The notes below the pieces were generated by a model. The model was not told where the DNA came from and did no database searches. It was given only the letters and a program-made list of their open reading frames with translations. Positions 53,956-64,000 of a stretch of DNA of 64,000 nucleotides are shown in pieces. Position 1 is the first letter of the stretch; each line of letters begins with the position of its first letter. A program made the translations under genes and the position numbers. Origin of the DNA: Infirmifilum sp. (GTDB lineage: Archaea > Thermoproteota > Thermoprotei > Thermofilales > Thermofilaceae); contig JBEULP010000039.1 of the NCBI GenBank assembly GCA_041287245.1, positions 1 to 64,000 of the forward strand, written 5' to 3'.

Positions 53956-55218
53956 ATGAGAAACAATACAGGAAGATGTAAATTGTTTTTTCTTCCTTTG
54001 ATGTGTTTAAGCCCAAATTTTTCGTATAGGGATTTTCTATCATATCTAAAGCAAATGGGTTATGATCCTTTAGATATACATGGGGAAACAACTATAGTTT
54101 TTGAAGAAGGCAACAGGATTAGAATAGCCTATCTTGACGGAATCGTACAGGCTTGTTCCGATAGTGAGGAGCCTCTTGAAAAGATAAGGAAGAGAATAAT
54201 AACCTATTTTCTCGCCGAGTGCCGTGGAGACCCCGAGGTCGTATTGTTACTAACAGACGGCAAACAGCTGGAAGCCTATCCAGATGATAGCTTAGCATCA
54301 AAGCTTCACCAAAAGCTACGAGGAGCTTTTTCATTACTGATTGTTTTACTCTCTTTTATCGCTCCAATCCTATGGAGCTTATACAATCCAGGCTACTTGG
54401 TTTTCGCTTCACTGGCAAGTATCTTTTTACTATTCGCGTTTCTCCTATTCTCTCCCTTTTTTAAGTTAGCACCTAATTGTATCCGTATTCCCGATGATGC
54501 CCGAAGGGTCTTCCTAGTAAGGGTTGCAACCGAGGATCTCTCTGACAGTGATCTTATACTTTTCGGGGTGGTTAAACACCTAGTTATAAAAAACATTAGA
54601 GGACTAGATAATGATAAATTAAAAAATATCCTAGACGAGGTTGGCATTAAATATTCGAAAGTTTTGATAGAAGAACTCAATCTCCAGGATATTCTTAAAA
54701 GGTTAACGATGAGTTTCAAGGTAAAAACCAAGCTATGTCTTGTCCCCTCTCCTAAGAGGAACGCCTTTACAGTAGGTCTCGTTCCCCGGTGGTCTCGAAT
54801 ATACGTTACGGTGGGGCTTCTCCTTGACCTTAGCCAACAAGAGTTTGAAGCTGTTCTTGCTCACGAGTTTGCCCACATAAAGAGGCACGACCTTTTAAGA
54901 GTCTTTACAATGCTAGGAGCCGAGTACATCACTAGAACCTTCCTTTTGTCATTATTTTATATTCCGCTACCGCTCCTTCTCTCATATTTTCTAATTTATA
55001 CTTATGCCGTTGCCAATTTTTTACAGAGATTAGAGTATAATGCAGACAAAGAGGCATGTAAGAAAAAATACGACAGAAGTCTACTACGAGCACTCATAAA
55101 ACTGGAGTTTCCTGCTCTCATGAGAAGCGAAAAACTCAGTGAAAGACTAAAAGGAAGAGTTTTACCATCCTCTCATCCACCACCGTTCAATAGAATCATG
55201 GCTCTCCTGCAGGCCTGA
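53956..55218 (+). CDS. M48 (HtpX-like) membrane zinc metalloprotease
   Basis: NAF, VTVGLL, AVLAHEFAHIKRHD, EYNAD, SHPP..NR; start uncertain. Confidence 0.88.
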   Translation: MRNNTGRCKLFFLPLMCLSPNFSYRDFLSYLKQMGYDPLDIHGETTIVFEEGNRIRIAYLDGIVQACSDSEEPLEKIRKRIITYFLAECRGDPEVVLLLTDGKQLEAYPDDSLASKLHQKLRGAFSLLIVLLSFIAPILWSLYNPGYLVFASLASIFLLFAFLLFSPFFKLAPNCIRIPDDARRVFLVRVATEDLSDSDLILFGVVKHLVIKNIRGLDNDKLKNILDEVGIKYSKVLIEELNLQDILKRLTMSFKVKTKLCLVPSPKRNAFTVGLVPRWSRIYVTVGLLLDLSQQEFEAVLAHEFAHIKRHDLLRVFTMLGAEYITRTFLLSLFYIPLPLLLSYFLIYTYAVANFLQRLEYNADKEACKKKYDRSLLRALIKLEFPALMRSEKLSERLKGRVLPSSHPPPFNRIMALLQA

Positions 55219-55319
55219 GCTCTCTAGTAATTCGGCGGTACTACAAAAGTAAAAAGGTGAGTATTCGTTTTACGAGTATTGAAGGGGTATTTTTCCAGGG
55301 TTCGCTATTATCACGTTGT

Positions 55320-55655
55320 ATGCGTACCCAAGTTATGAAGGCTTTGGAAATAGTTGAAGACCTGCTGACTAGCGAGGATCTCGGGGAGGAACACAGGAAG
55401 GCACTTCTACAGGTTCAAAGACACCTCTTAGAGGCTTTAGACAATGTTGTAGAGGTTAAAAGCAAGGTACGAGACATTACATACACACTCCAAGAGCTTG
55501 CTGACACATTAGGCTTAGAGGTTAAGCTTTCCTCTCCAAGGCTGATCCTTGAAGAGGAGGATGTCCTTAAAACAATCAGTGAGAGCACCCTTGCAGACAT
55601 CGAGATTGAAGGGGAGAAGGCGATAGTCAGGAAATTGGTTGCAGCACAACATTAA
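55320..55655 (+). CDS. Hypothetical acidic helical protein
   Basis: ORF 55257..55655 with likely start at 55320 or 55335. Confidence 0.6.
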   Translation: MRTQVMKALEIVEDLLTSEDLGEEHRKALLQVQRHLLEALDNVVEVKSKVRDITYTLQELADTLGLEVKLSSPRLILEEEDVLKTISESTLADIEIEGEKAIVRKLVAAQH

Positions 55656-56319
55656 AAAACACGGCGACGTGGTAGACACAGTGGGATCCTTGTCGCATAG
55701 AAAAAAGCTTCCATCTCAGACGCACGGTGATCCTGTAGAGGCAGAGTTCCGGAGAAAGAAGAGAAATGCTTTTATCGTAGGCATAGTTTTATCTCTAGCA
55801 CCTGTACCCATGGCTATCATATCGTTATTTGTTCAAAATACTTCCCCAGTTATTGAGATACTGTCGATCTCGCTGGTTGGGGCAGGTTTAATTTACTTTA
55901 ACTACCAGCTACAAGAAGCGTATAGCTACAAACTCTTTCTACGTGTAAAAGCACTCTTAGAATCCAGGCTAGAAACGCAGCCGCCTCCTGCTACCCAGCA
56001 AATAGTTGCCGCTCCTACCGCGAGATCGCAAAGAGCCGCGAGACCACCTTCAGCTGTTGTTGCGCAACCGCCCCTAACCAGGCAGCAGCAAGCCTTTGTA
56101 CAACGGCCAGCAGCTACCCAACCTGTTATGCAGCCGCCACCCCGAGAAGAGCCACCATTACTCACGCCTGGAAGGGTCCAGTCCAGACCGTTTGAGGGAA
56201 ATATTAGGCCGCCACAGGCTCCCGGGAGTTCAGGAAAAGTCTGTCCTAACTGTGGACGTGAACTGCCTTATGGTGACCTTCATCTAATCTGCCCTTACTG
56301 TGGCGCGCCCCTTAAATAG
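55639..56319 (+). CDS. 2-TM membrane protein with Pro/Gln-rich linker and C-terminal zinc ribbon
   Basis: Two hydrophobic segments; CPNCG...CPYCGAPL; start uncertain. Confidence 0.75.
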   Translation: MQHNIKKHGDVVDTVGSLSHRKKLPSQTHGDPVEAEFRRKKRNAFIVGIVLSLAPVPMAIISLFVQNTSPVIEILSISLVGAGLIYFNYQLQEAYSYKLFLRVKALLESRLETQPPPATQQIVAAPTARSQRAARPPSAVVAQPPLTRQQQAFVQRPAATQPVMQPPPREEPPLLTPGRVQSRPFEGNIRPPQAPGSSGKVCPNCGRELPYGDLHLICPYCGAPLK

Positions 56320-57421
56320 ATCTTTCCTTGTTCACGATTAGAGCGCCAGCGACTATTAGAGCTACAACGAGTACAACAAGACTGGAATAATACTCTGTTG
56401 TCTCCCTGATTTCAACAGAAAAGCTTATTCTCTCAGCACCATTGGGACCGTAAATTGCTAGGAAGCTGTCGGGACTAGACTTAGTTATCCATCCAACTAG
56501 GATCACGTTGTCTAGCTGGTTTATCGCAGCCCCCTCCACGTAGTTACCGGCTGAACCTGTGGTGGCTGTTACATCTATAGGAAAGGTTGTACTAGAGGAG
56601 TTAACAACGGTGAATACGTGGGGCTCTACGTTTATCAGCGAGTAGGTCCATTTGTCGGCATTTTGGGTTATGTTCTCCTGAGGTTGGAAGACATAAGCAT
56701 ATGCTAGATATGCGTCCACTCCTTTTATTCGCAGTAAAAGTGTGAGTAACGAGTGAACGTCTGCACATGCACCTTCTTTTTCTGCAAATGTCTTGGCGGG
56801 GCACTGGACACCGCCGAGCATAGACAAATTGTACTTTATATTCGAGTGAACCCATTCTGCTGTCTTTAGTATGTATTCTCGAATATTAGCAGACCTGGCA
56901 TATATTTCATTGGAGAGTTTCACAATGCTTGTAAAGTTCGTGTCACGATACCTGCAGCCCCAAAAGGGAGACTTTGAAAGCTCATCAATGTTTACAGGTC
57001 GCTGCTCGAGATATTCAGGCATTCCTGCGATCTTGCGAAAAGGAGGTCTTGCCACTTCTACTACTTGCACTAGGGTTATGTTCAACATACCGGAAAAGGC
57101 TAGATCACCCGGATACACGAAGCGGTTACCGTCGTCGTCATTGAGGAGGGAAAACACAACAGGTTTAGAGTTAACGAGTAGGGTTATGTTTACAAGTCTC
57201 TGCCAACCCGCTATATCCGGTATAACTCTGAAGGATTTTGTGAAAACCTCTCGATCCACAGTGCCACTTCCATAAACCACCATTTTGTTTAGGATCGTGT
57301 AGCGGGAAGTATTGTATCCAAGTTCTACCCCAGCGAACACGAGACCGAGTAAGAGAACAGCAAGCTGTTTTAAAGGCATTAGGGGTCTAGAATAGAGAAC
57401 AGAGCGGTCGTTATTTATCAT
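56312..57421 (-). CDS. Secreted, membrane-anchored transglutaminase-like protein
   Basis: WVHSNIKY, GACAD (Cys), PHVF (His), PIDVT (Asp); signal peptide and C-terminal TM. Confidence 0.85.
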   Translation of the reverse strand: MINNDRSVLYSRPLMPLKQLAVLLLGLVFAGVELGYNTSRYTILNKMVVYGSGTVDREVFTKSFRVIPDIAGWQRLVNITLLVNSKPVVFSLLNDDDGNRFVYPGDLAFSGMLNITLVQVVEVARPPFRKIAGMPEYLEQRPVNIDELSKSPFWGCRYRDTNFTSIVKLSNEIYARSANIREYILKTAEWVHSNIKYNLSMLGGVQCPAKTFAEKEGACADVHSLLTLLLRIKGVDAYLAYAYVFQPQENITQNADKWTYSLINVEPHVFTVVNSSSTTFPIDVTATTGSAGNYVEGAAINQLDNVILVGWITKSSPDSFLAIYGPNGAERISFSVEIRETTEYYSSLVVLVVALIVAGALIVNKERSI

Positions 57422-57540
57422 TTATGGCGTGTGGATCCAGTAGAGGGGGTTAGTGATGCCTAGATTCCCCCGCTTAGGAGCCAGCCCTGGTGGAAAAAAA
57501 TTAATGTGTGTTATTTCCATTTTCACTGGCTTGAAAACTT

Positions 57541-59352
57541 ATGTTAGACTCTCGAAAAGGCTATATTACCAGGATCTCAGGCCCGGTGGTAATCGGGAAA
57601 GGCATCAGCGATGTGAAGCTAGGCGAAGTAGTATACGTTGGGGAGGAAGGGCTTTTAGGCGAGGTAGTTCGTATAGGTCCAGACTACTTCGCAACTCAGG
57701 TATATGAGGATACGAGCGGGCTAAGGCCTAAAGAGCCTATAATAGGAACAGGCAAACTCCTTGTTGCACAACTCGGGCCGGGACTGATGTCTAGTGTCTA
57801 CGACGGTGTTCAAAGGCCGCTTGAAAACATTAGGGATTTGGTAGGACCTTTTGTCAAGAGAGGCGTTAAGGTAAACCCCTTACCTAAAGACAAAAAATGG
57901 CATTTTAAACCGCTAGTTAAAAAGGATGCGAAGGTAGGACCGGGGGACATTCTGGGAACTGTCCAGGAAACACCCATCATTGAACACCGAGTTATGGTTC
58001 CTCTGAACATTGAGGGGCGTATTAAAGAGATTGTATCAGAGGGAGACTTTACTATAGAGGACCCCATAGCTGTTATTGAGCATGACGGTAAGTTGCTCGA
58101 GGTCTCCATGAAACAGGAATGGCCCGTGAGGCAGGCCAGGCCTTATAAGGAGAGGCTCACCAGCGAAGTGCCTCTCTTAATAGGTCAAAGGGTGATAGAC
58201 TCGTTTTTTCCAATTGCAAAGGGTGGTGCCGGAGCAATCCCTGGAGGCTTTGGTACAGGAAAAACCGTAACACTCCACAAAGTAGCTATGTACAGCGACT
58301 CACAAATCGTCATTTATATCGGATGCGGTGAGCGTGGAAACGAGATCGCGGAAATGCTTATGGAGTTTCCGGAGCTTGTCGATCCTAAGTCTGGCCGCCC
58401 TATTATTGACAGGAGCATTGTAATCGCAAATACTTCGAATATGCCCGTCTCGGCCAGAGAAGCCTCAATTTACATGGGAATAACGATAGCCGAATACTAT
58501 AGAGACCAAGGCTACGATGTGACCCTCATCGCAGACTCTACCAGCAGATGGGCCGAGGCACTCCGTGAGATTGCGGGAAGGCTAGGAGAACTCCCAGTGG
58601 AAAGAGGTTATCCAGCCTACCTACCTGATAAGATAGCTGAGTTTTACGAACGGGGAGGACGCGTTAAACCCCTCGGTTCTCCTGAGCGCAGCGGGTCTGT
58701 AACTGTTCTAGGCTCGGTATCGCCTCCAGGGGGCGACTACAACGAACCCGTCACGATCCATACACTAAGATTTGTGGGAGTTATGTGGGCCCTCGACACA
58801 GACCTAGCCTACAGGAGGCACTTCCCTGCAATTAACTGGCTTAGAAGTTTCAGCCAGTATGCGGACATTGTGGAGCGGTGGTGGGTTAAGAATGTCTCCC
58901 CAGAGTTTCCCCAGTACAGGAGGAGGGCTTTAAGGTTAATGACGGTTGCGAGTGAAATAGAGGCAATAGCATCCGTCGTTGGTGAAGGCGCTCTACCAGA
59001 TGACCAGCGCCTGATACTTTTAACTTCGGAGATAATAAAGGAGGGTTTCTTGAGGCAAACAGCTCTGAGCGGTGAGGATGTTTTCTGCAAACCCGAAAAG
59101 CAGTACTGGCTTCTCAAAATGATGATCGATTTCTTCGACAGGGCATACGACTTGATAAAGAAGAGGGTTTCCATCGAAGAGATCAACAGGTTGCCAGAGG
59201 TGTATGAGATGATGCGTGTAAAGGAGGATGAGCGCGGGCTAGAGGCCGTGAAGGAGCTTTATAACAGGGTAATGAGCAGGCTGGAGGAAATAGCGGAGAG
59301 GCACGGGGTGCAACCCTCTATTTCAGGTGGAGAGGTGGTTATGAATGCCTGA
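57541..59352 (+). CDS. atpA: A/V-type ATP synthase subunit A
   Basis: [39 protein letters not shown]; no intein. Confidence 0.97.
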   Translation: MLDSRKGYITRISGPVVIGKGISDVKLGEVVYVGEEGLLGEVVRIGPDYFATQVYEDTSGLRPKEPIIGTGKLLVAQLGPGLMSSVYDGVQRPLENIRDLVGPFVKRGVKVNPLPKDKKWHFKPLVKKDAKVGPGDILGTVQETPIIEHRVMVPLNIEGRIKEIVSEGDFTIEDPIAVIEHDGKLLEVSMKQEWPVRQARPYKERLTSEVPLLIGQRVIDSFFPIAKGGAGAIPGGFGTGKTVTLHKVAMYSDSQIVIYIGCGERGNEIAEMLMEFPELVDPKSGRPIIDRSIVIANTSNMPVSAREASIYMGITIAEYYRDQGYDVTLIADSTSRWAEALREIAGRLGELPVERGYPAYLPDKIAEFYERGGRVKPLGSPERSGSVTVLGSVSPPGGDYNEPVTIHTLRFVGVMWALDTDLAYRRHFPAINWLRSFSQYADIVERWWVKNVSPEFPQYRRRALRLMTVASEIEAIASVVGEGALPDDQRLILLTSEIIKEGFLRQTALSGEDVFCKPEKQYWLLKMMIDFFDRAYDLIKKRVSIEEINRLPEVYEMMRVKEDERGLEAVKELYNRVMSRLEEIAERHGVQPSISGGEVVMNA

Positions 59353-60760
59353 AGAGGTCATTAGGAGTATTTTGGAGCGCTATCCTGGTAAGGTCTACCG
59401 CGGCGTCAAGGAGATACGCGGTAGCCTATTAATTGTAGATGGAGTAGAAGACGCGGCTTATGACGAGGTCGTGAGAATATACGGAAAGGATCGCTCCGAG
59501 AGATATGGCAGAGTTCTCGAGACAAGTATAGGTAACGCTGTAGTACAGGTTCTCGGAGACAGGGAGGGGCTTGAGACAGACACTTTGGTCAAGTTTACCG
59601 GCTCGACTTTCAAGATAAGGGTATCTGAGGACATACTTGGAAGAATATTCAACGGGCGTTTCGAACCTATAGACGGTTTACCCCCTCTCCTGACAGGCGA
59701 GCTACGCGAGATAACCGGAGAGCCTATAAATCCAGTTTCAAGGCAGTACCCCCATGACTTTGTTCAGACAGGTGTATCGGTGATAGACGGTCTCTTTAGC
59801 ATTGTAAGGGGACAAAAACTACCGATTTTCAGTGTTTCAGGTCTACCTCACAATTTGCTGGCAGCGCAGGTGGCCAGGCAAGCGACAGTCAGGGGGGAGG
59901 GTGAGAAGTTCGCAGTGGTTTTTGCAGGGCTCGGTTTAAGGAAAACAGAGGCGGAGTTCTTCATGGAACAGTTCCGGGAGACAGGGGCGATAGAAAAACT
60001 GGTTGCAATTCTGAACCTCGCCGACGACCCAGCCGTTGAAAGACTAATGACTCCGCGTATCGCCCTAACTGTCGCGGAATATCTTGCCTTCGACCTCGAG
60101 ATGCATGTCTTGGTGATAATGTCGGACATGACTAACTATTGTGAGGCTCTGCGCGAGGTGAGCTCTGCTAGGGGCGAGATCCCAGGTAGGATGGGTTATC
60201 CCGGCTACATGTACAGTGACCTTGCAACAATCTATGAAAGAGCGGGTATAATTAAGGGGAAAAAAGGAAGTATAACGTTGTTCCCCATACTTACAATGCC
60301 TGGCGGGGATCTCAGACACCCAATACCTGACCTGACCGGATATATCACCGAGGGGCAGATCTTCCTCAGCCAAGAGCTACATGCTCAAGGTATTTATCCC
60401 CCTGTAAACGTGCTTCCAAGCTTGAGCAGGCTCATGAAGGCTGGTATCGGCGAGGGTAAAACAAGGGAGGATCACAGATACCTCGCAGATCAGTTATATG
60501 ACGCCTACTCAAGGGGTGTGAGAGCGAGGGATCTAGCTAGAATAATCGGAGAGATGGGGCTTAGCGAGAGGATGAGAAAGTTCCTCAAATTTGCTGAGGA
60601 GTTCGAAAACACTTTTGTTAGCCAATCATTTTATGAGAATAGGAGTGTTGAAGAGACCCTGGATAGGGGGTGGAAAGTTCTAGCTGTTTTGCCAGAAGAA
60701 GAGCTCGTCAGGATACCTAGACGGTTAATTGAGAAGTACCACCCAGCGTATAGGAGTTAA
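59345..60760 (+). CDS. atpB: A/V-type ATP synthase subunit B
   Basis: [41 protein letters not shown]. Confidence 0.97.
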   Translation: MPEEVIRSILERYPGKVYRGVKEIRGSLLIVDGVEDAAYDEVVRIYGKDRSERYGRVLETSIGNAVVQVLGDREGLETDTLVKFTGSTFKIRVSEDILGRIFNGRFEPIDGLPPLLTGELREITGEPINPVSRQYPHDFVQTGVSVIDGLFSIVRGQKLPIFSVSGLPHNLLAAQVARQATVRGEGEKFAVVFAGLGLRKTEAEFFMEQFRETGAIEKLVAILNLADDPAVERLMTPRIALTVAEYLAFDLEMHVLVIMSDMTNYCEALREVSSARGEIPGRMGYPGYMYSDLATIYERAGIIKGKKGSITLFPILTMPGGDLRHPIPDLTGYITEGQIFLSQELHAQGIYPPVNVLPSLSRLMKAGIGEGKTREDHRYLADQLYDAYSRGVRARDLARIIGEMGLSERMRKFLKFAEEFENTFVSQSFYENRSVEETLDRGWKVLAVLPEEELVRIPRRLIEKYHPAYRS

Positions 60761-60763
60761 GCG

Positions 60764-61372
60764 GTGGGCTTAGTGTTAAGTGAGCTTGCCTTTCTACCCG
60801 CGTCCAGAGGTACGCTGCAGTTACTCCGAAGAAGATTAGAGCTCGTGAAGAGGGGTAAGGATGTTCTTCAGATGCGGAGGGACCAGCTTGCCAAAGAGCT
60901 TCTAGGTATAATGAATGAACTTCAAAAGAGGTCCCAAGCAGAACAGGAATTCATAGAAGCGGCTAGAAGGGCCGCGATGTTAAGGGTTGCTAGAGGCGAG
61001 TATGACTTCAGGTCGGCATCTTCCTTGGTAAAGCCCCCTAAGATTACAAGCGTTATAGTAAGCTATCAAGGCATCCCGGTGCCACAAGCCAGGATAACCG
61101 AGGATCCGGACTTCTCACAAATCAATGACCCCGATTATCGGGAAACAATAGAGCATTTATGGAACGCGGTGAAAACAATGATTGACGTGGCTAACAAGGA
61201 GGTTGCCGTTGAGAAGATTAGCGAGCAGCTCTTATATATAAACCGGGTTGTAAACAGCCTTGAAAAGAACCTGATCCCCGCATTAACGGACGTTTTAAGA
61301 CGGATTGAAGAGAGGGTAGTTGAAGAGGAACTGGAGGATTTCGTAAGGGTGAAAATACTAGGGGGTGGTTAG
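60764..61372 (+). CDS. atpD: A/V-type ATP synthase subunit D
   Basis: RG..VL..RRD.L and RVVNSLEKNLIP...EEELEDFVRVK. Confidence 0.9.
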   Translation: MGLVLSELAFLPASRGTLQLLRRRLELVKRGKDVLQMRRDQLAKELLGIMNELQKRSQAEQEFIEAARRAAMLRVARGEYDFRSASSLVKPPKITSVIVSYQGIPVPQARITEDPDFSQINDPDYRETIEHLWNAVKTMIDVANKEVAVEKISEQLLYINRVVNSLEKNLIPALTDVLRRIEERVVEEELEDFVRVKILGGG

Positions 61373-62270
61373 AACGGATACATACATTGTTGTGAGAGCA
61401 CATGGGCTTAAGTCACGACTTTTAACACTAGAGGACTACCAGGCATTGATTCATAATGAGAAGAAGCTCTCAGATTTCAGGGACTATATTTTTATAAAGG
61501 ATAATGATACCCTTGAGACAAAACTCGAGAAAATATATCGCGTATATGTTTCTCGAATTGAGACGCTAAGTAAGGCTGATAGGCAGATAGGCGCTTTTAT
61601 TCAAGCCCTTCTAGATAGACTTGAAATAGAGAATATCAAGATACACCTTCGCTACCTCCTAGGCGCAAAACGCCCCGTTATTTACTATCCTTATGGTCAC
61701 CACATAGGCCCTGCAAAACTATCCTCTATCAAGACAGAGGGGACACTTTGGGAAGAGATCTCAAGAACGGAGTACAGGGCTCCTCCTATTCCAGATTTCG
61801 TCACATCGCTAGAGGCTGAGAGAGAACTCCTCCTAGACATTTTATACTATAATTATTTATCTTTGACAATTCAAAGTATTAGTGTTTCGAAAGAAACTCA
61901 GGCAGAACTTTTACGTTGCATTGAAAAAGAGCTTGAGTTGAAAGGGATGCTTTGGTCCAGAACCCTTAGCCTTGAAATTATCACTCGCTTAGCCAGTAAA
62001 TATTCACCAAATCTCCGCTTCAAAATATCACCGCCACCAGAACAGTGGAAAGGTCTAAAGACGACCGAACTTATGCGCCAAATTGAAATTAGCCTGCTGG
62101 AAATGTTAAAGGAAAAAGTAGCAGTTAAATATTCACTTGAAATCCCATTTATTTACTACTACAACGCCCTGGCCCTTTTAGAGGCAAATAACCTTGAGAA
62201 AATACTTCTAGGAAAAGAGATAGGAATCCCAGAGGAGGTCATCCTCCGAACCATAATATCGCTTTCTTAG
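61365..62270 (+). CDS. atpC: A/V-type ATP synthase subunit C (divergent)
   Basis: YIVVRAHGLKSRLL, EIENIK, EANNL..I..GK..GIP.E.I. Confidence 0.75.
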   Translation: MVRTDTYIVVRAHGLKSRLLTLEDYQALIHNEKKLSDFRDYIFIKDNDTLETKLEKIYRVYVSRIETLSKADRQIGAFIQALLDRLEIENIKIHLRYLLGAKRPVIYYPYGHHIGPAKLSSIKTEGTLWEEISRTEYRAPPIPDFVTSLEAERELLLDILYYNYLSLTIQSISVSKETQAELLRCIEKELELKGMLWSRTLSLEIITRLASKYSPNLRFKISPPPEQWKGLKTTELMRQIEISLLEMLKEKVAVKYSLEIPFIYYYNALALLEANNLEKILLGKEIGIPEEVILRTIISLS

Positions 62271-62379
62271 CTTCACTCTCCGCGGCATCTGCGAATAATT
62301 TTTTAGAAGACAAGTTAAGCCTTCTAAAAATGACAAGCAAAAAATAAATATTTTTTTATATAGCAGACAATCATATCGG

Positions 62380-63879
62380 GTGACCAAATCTTTGGACGCT
62401 GCTCTACGACCATTTTTTGACCCCAAGGGGGTTGCTTTAATCGGCGCCTCGAGAGAAGAGGAAAAACCGGGACATGTTATTCTAAAACTTCTACTTGAAA
62501 ATAAGAAAAACGGCATTCTGCAAGCTCCTATTTACCCAGTAAATCCTAACGCCGATGTTATTCTAGGGCAAAAGGTATACAAAAGTATTAGCGACCTGCC
62601 AGGAGAAGTAGACCTCGCCATCATAGTTGTCCCCGCAAGGTTTGTCCCAAGTATAGTAAGCGAGTTGGGGGACAAGGGTGTAAAAGCTGTAGTTGTCATT
62701 TCCTCAGGGTTTAGCGAAATAGGAAGAACAGACCTAGAAGAGGCTTTAAAGATCGAAGCCAGGAAGAAGGGTATTAGAGTTCTAGGACCGAACTGTGTGG
62801 GGATATTCTCCCCATGGACCGGGGTTGACACGATCTTCCTGCCCTACACGAAGAGACTCTCAGATGGACGTGATGTTCTAAGCGCACCCAGGCCTCCTCG
62901 TGGCCACGTAGCGCTCATCTCACAGAGTGGTGCCGTGGGCACCGCAGCTCTAGACTACATGCATGGTGAGGGAATAGGCCTATCCTATTTCTTCAGCATA
63001 GGCAATAAGGCGGATGTCGATGAAGTCGAGCTTATACAGGCTCTTGGAGATGACGAGAAAACCCGCGTGATCCTACTATACCTAGAGAGCATAGCCCGTG
63101 GCCGAGCTTTTATAGAGGTTGCTTCTAAGGTCTCTGCTAAAAAGCCGATCATTGCAATGAAAACCGGTAGGACGCAAGCGGGGAGGCGTGCAGCTGCCTC
63201 ACACACGGCTTCCTTAGCCGGAACAGACGAGATATATGAAGCGGCCTTCAGGCGTAGCGGTGTAATACGTGCCCAGGATATTGAAGAGCTGTTTGACTTT
63301 GCAAAAGCCTTCGCAACACAACCTCCACCGCAAGGCCCCCGTATAGCTATTGTAACCGATGGAGGCGGTGCCGGTGTTATGGCCACGGATATGGCGGAGT
63401 TTCTAGGACTACAGGTTCCAGAGCTGAAGGGTGAAACGAGAGCTAAACTTGAGGATCTGAGGAGAGAAGGTAGAGTACCTGAGTTTGCCCAGCTCTCCAA
63501 TCCCGTCGACCTCACTGGCTCAGCTACAAGTGAAATGTTTGTAGATGCTACTAGAGTATTGTTGGAGAGTCCAGATGTAGACGCGGTGGCAATACTTGCT
63601 CTTCACCAGGTTCCAGGAATACCTGATCCCGTAGACCTTGCGAGAAAACTTTCCAGTCTTGCTAAGGGATACTCGAAACCAGTTGTAGCTGTGGATACAG
63701 GGTGGAGTGAGGCAGCCTTACTTGAACGTAAGGAGTTCGACAAGAATGGTATCCCAGCATACCCGACCCCCGAGAGGGCCATAAAGGCTTTATGGGCGCT
63801 GGAGAAGTATGGAGAGTGGCTTAGGCAAAGAGGCACCTTTAAGGAATATTTGAATACGTTTAGATCAATATCTATCTAA
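62380..63879 (+). CDS. Acetate/acyl-CoA ligase (ADP-forming) alpha subunit
   Basis: PKGVALIGAS, GPNCVG, SQSG, SHTASLAG (phospho-His), GGAGV..D, NPVDLTG. Confidence 0.93.
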   Translation: MTKSLDAALRPFFDPKGVALIGASREEEKPGHVILKLLLENKKNGILQAPIYPVNPNADVILGQKVYKSISDLPGEVDLAIIVVPARFVPSIVSELGDKGVKAVVVISSGFSEIGRTDLEEALKIEARKKGIRVLGPNCVGIFSPWTGVDTIFLPYTKRLSDGRDVLSAPRPPRGHVALISQSGAVGTAALDYMHGEGIGLSYFFSIGNKADVDEVELIQALGDDEKTRVILLYLESIARGRAFIEVASKVSAKKPIIAMKTGRTQAGRRAAASHTASLAGTDEIYEAAFRRSGVIRAQDIEELFDFAKAFATQPPPQGPRIAIVTDGGGAGVMATDMAEFLGLQVPELKGETRAKLEDLRREGRVPEFAQLSNPVDLTGSATSEMFVDATRVLLESPDVDAVAILALHQVPGIPDPVDLARKLSSLAKGYSKPVVAVDTGWSEAALLERKEFDKNGIPAYPTPERAIKALWALEKYGEWLRQRGTFKEYLNTFRSISI

Positions 63880-63970
63880 TTTTTAATATTTTTTATTAAA
63901 TATTACTTTGCTAGAAGATAAATAGTAAGTATTTATATTAAGCCAGTGAGAACAAAAAGAGGGGTTAAGT

Positions 63971-64000
63971 TTGATTACTCCAGAGCCACTAGAGAAATTT
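63971..64000 (+). CDS. Possible 5' end of next gene (MITPEPLEKF...), truncated
   Basis: TTG after GAGGGG and an upstream TTTATA; only 10 codons visible. Confidence 0.3.
   Translation, partial: MITPEPLEKF

Noticed and set aside
51902..57540. Genomic island or provirus downstream of tRNA-Asn
   Set aside because: No integrase or att duplication noticed; the faint similarity between the two flanks is too weak to count.

Overview
Core chromosomal window of a hyperthermophilic crenarchaeon (Thermoproteota). The best fit is Thermofilaceae. This rests on an archaeal histone together with RpoG/Rpo8 and TFE-beta, a 16S-23S operon with no spacer tRNA and no 5S, and tRNAs with introns at non-canonical positions. 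Contents: one rRNA operon; five tRNA genes (Ala partial, Met, Gly, Leu, Asn; four carry introns); and mostly informational genes (ribosomal proteins, FtsY/SRP19/SecE, PolB, GINS, RNase P proteins, C/D and H/ACA proteins, GatDE, TgtA, Pus10, CCA, RNAP subunits). It also holds a PRPP/ribose-1,5-bisphosphate cluster, a predicted cell-surface gene cluster and A/V-ATPase A-B-D-C. No CRISPR array, transposase, integrase, intein or rRNA intron was seen. Most interesting observations, all made by eye and needing HMM or structure confirmation: (1) an active plus pseudo-enzyme eIF2B-family gene pair upstream of aIF2-beta; (2) a possible split RPA32/Stn1-like OB-fold + wHTH gene pair divergent from a HerA-like ATPase; (3) a degenerate Ncs6/TtcA paralog resembling eukaryotic Ctu2; (4) two homologous unannotated ~35-aa peptides 47 kb apart; (5) recurrent (CG)n tracts in intergenic DNA; (6) an RNase III-family gene that appears to need a CTG start; (7) related introns in tRNA-Met and tRNA-Leu.
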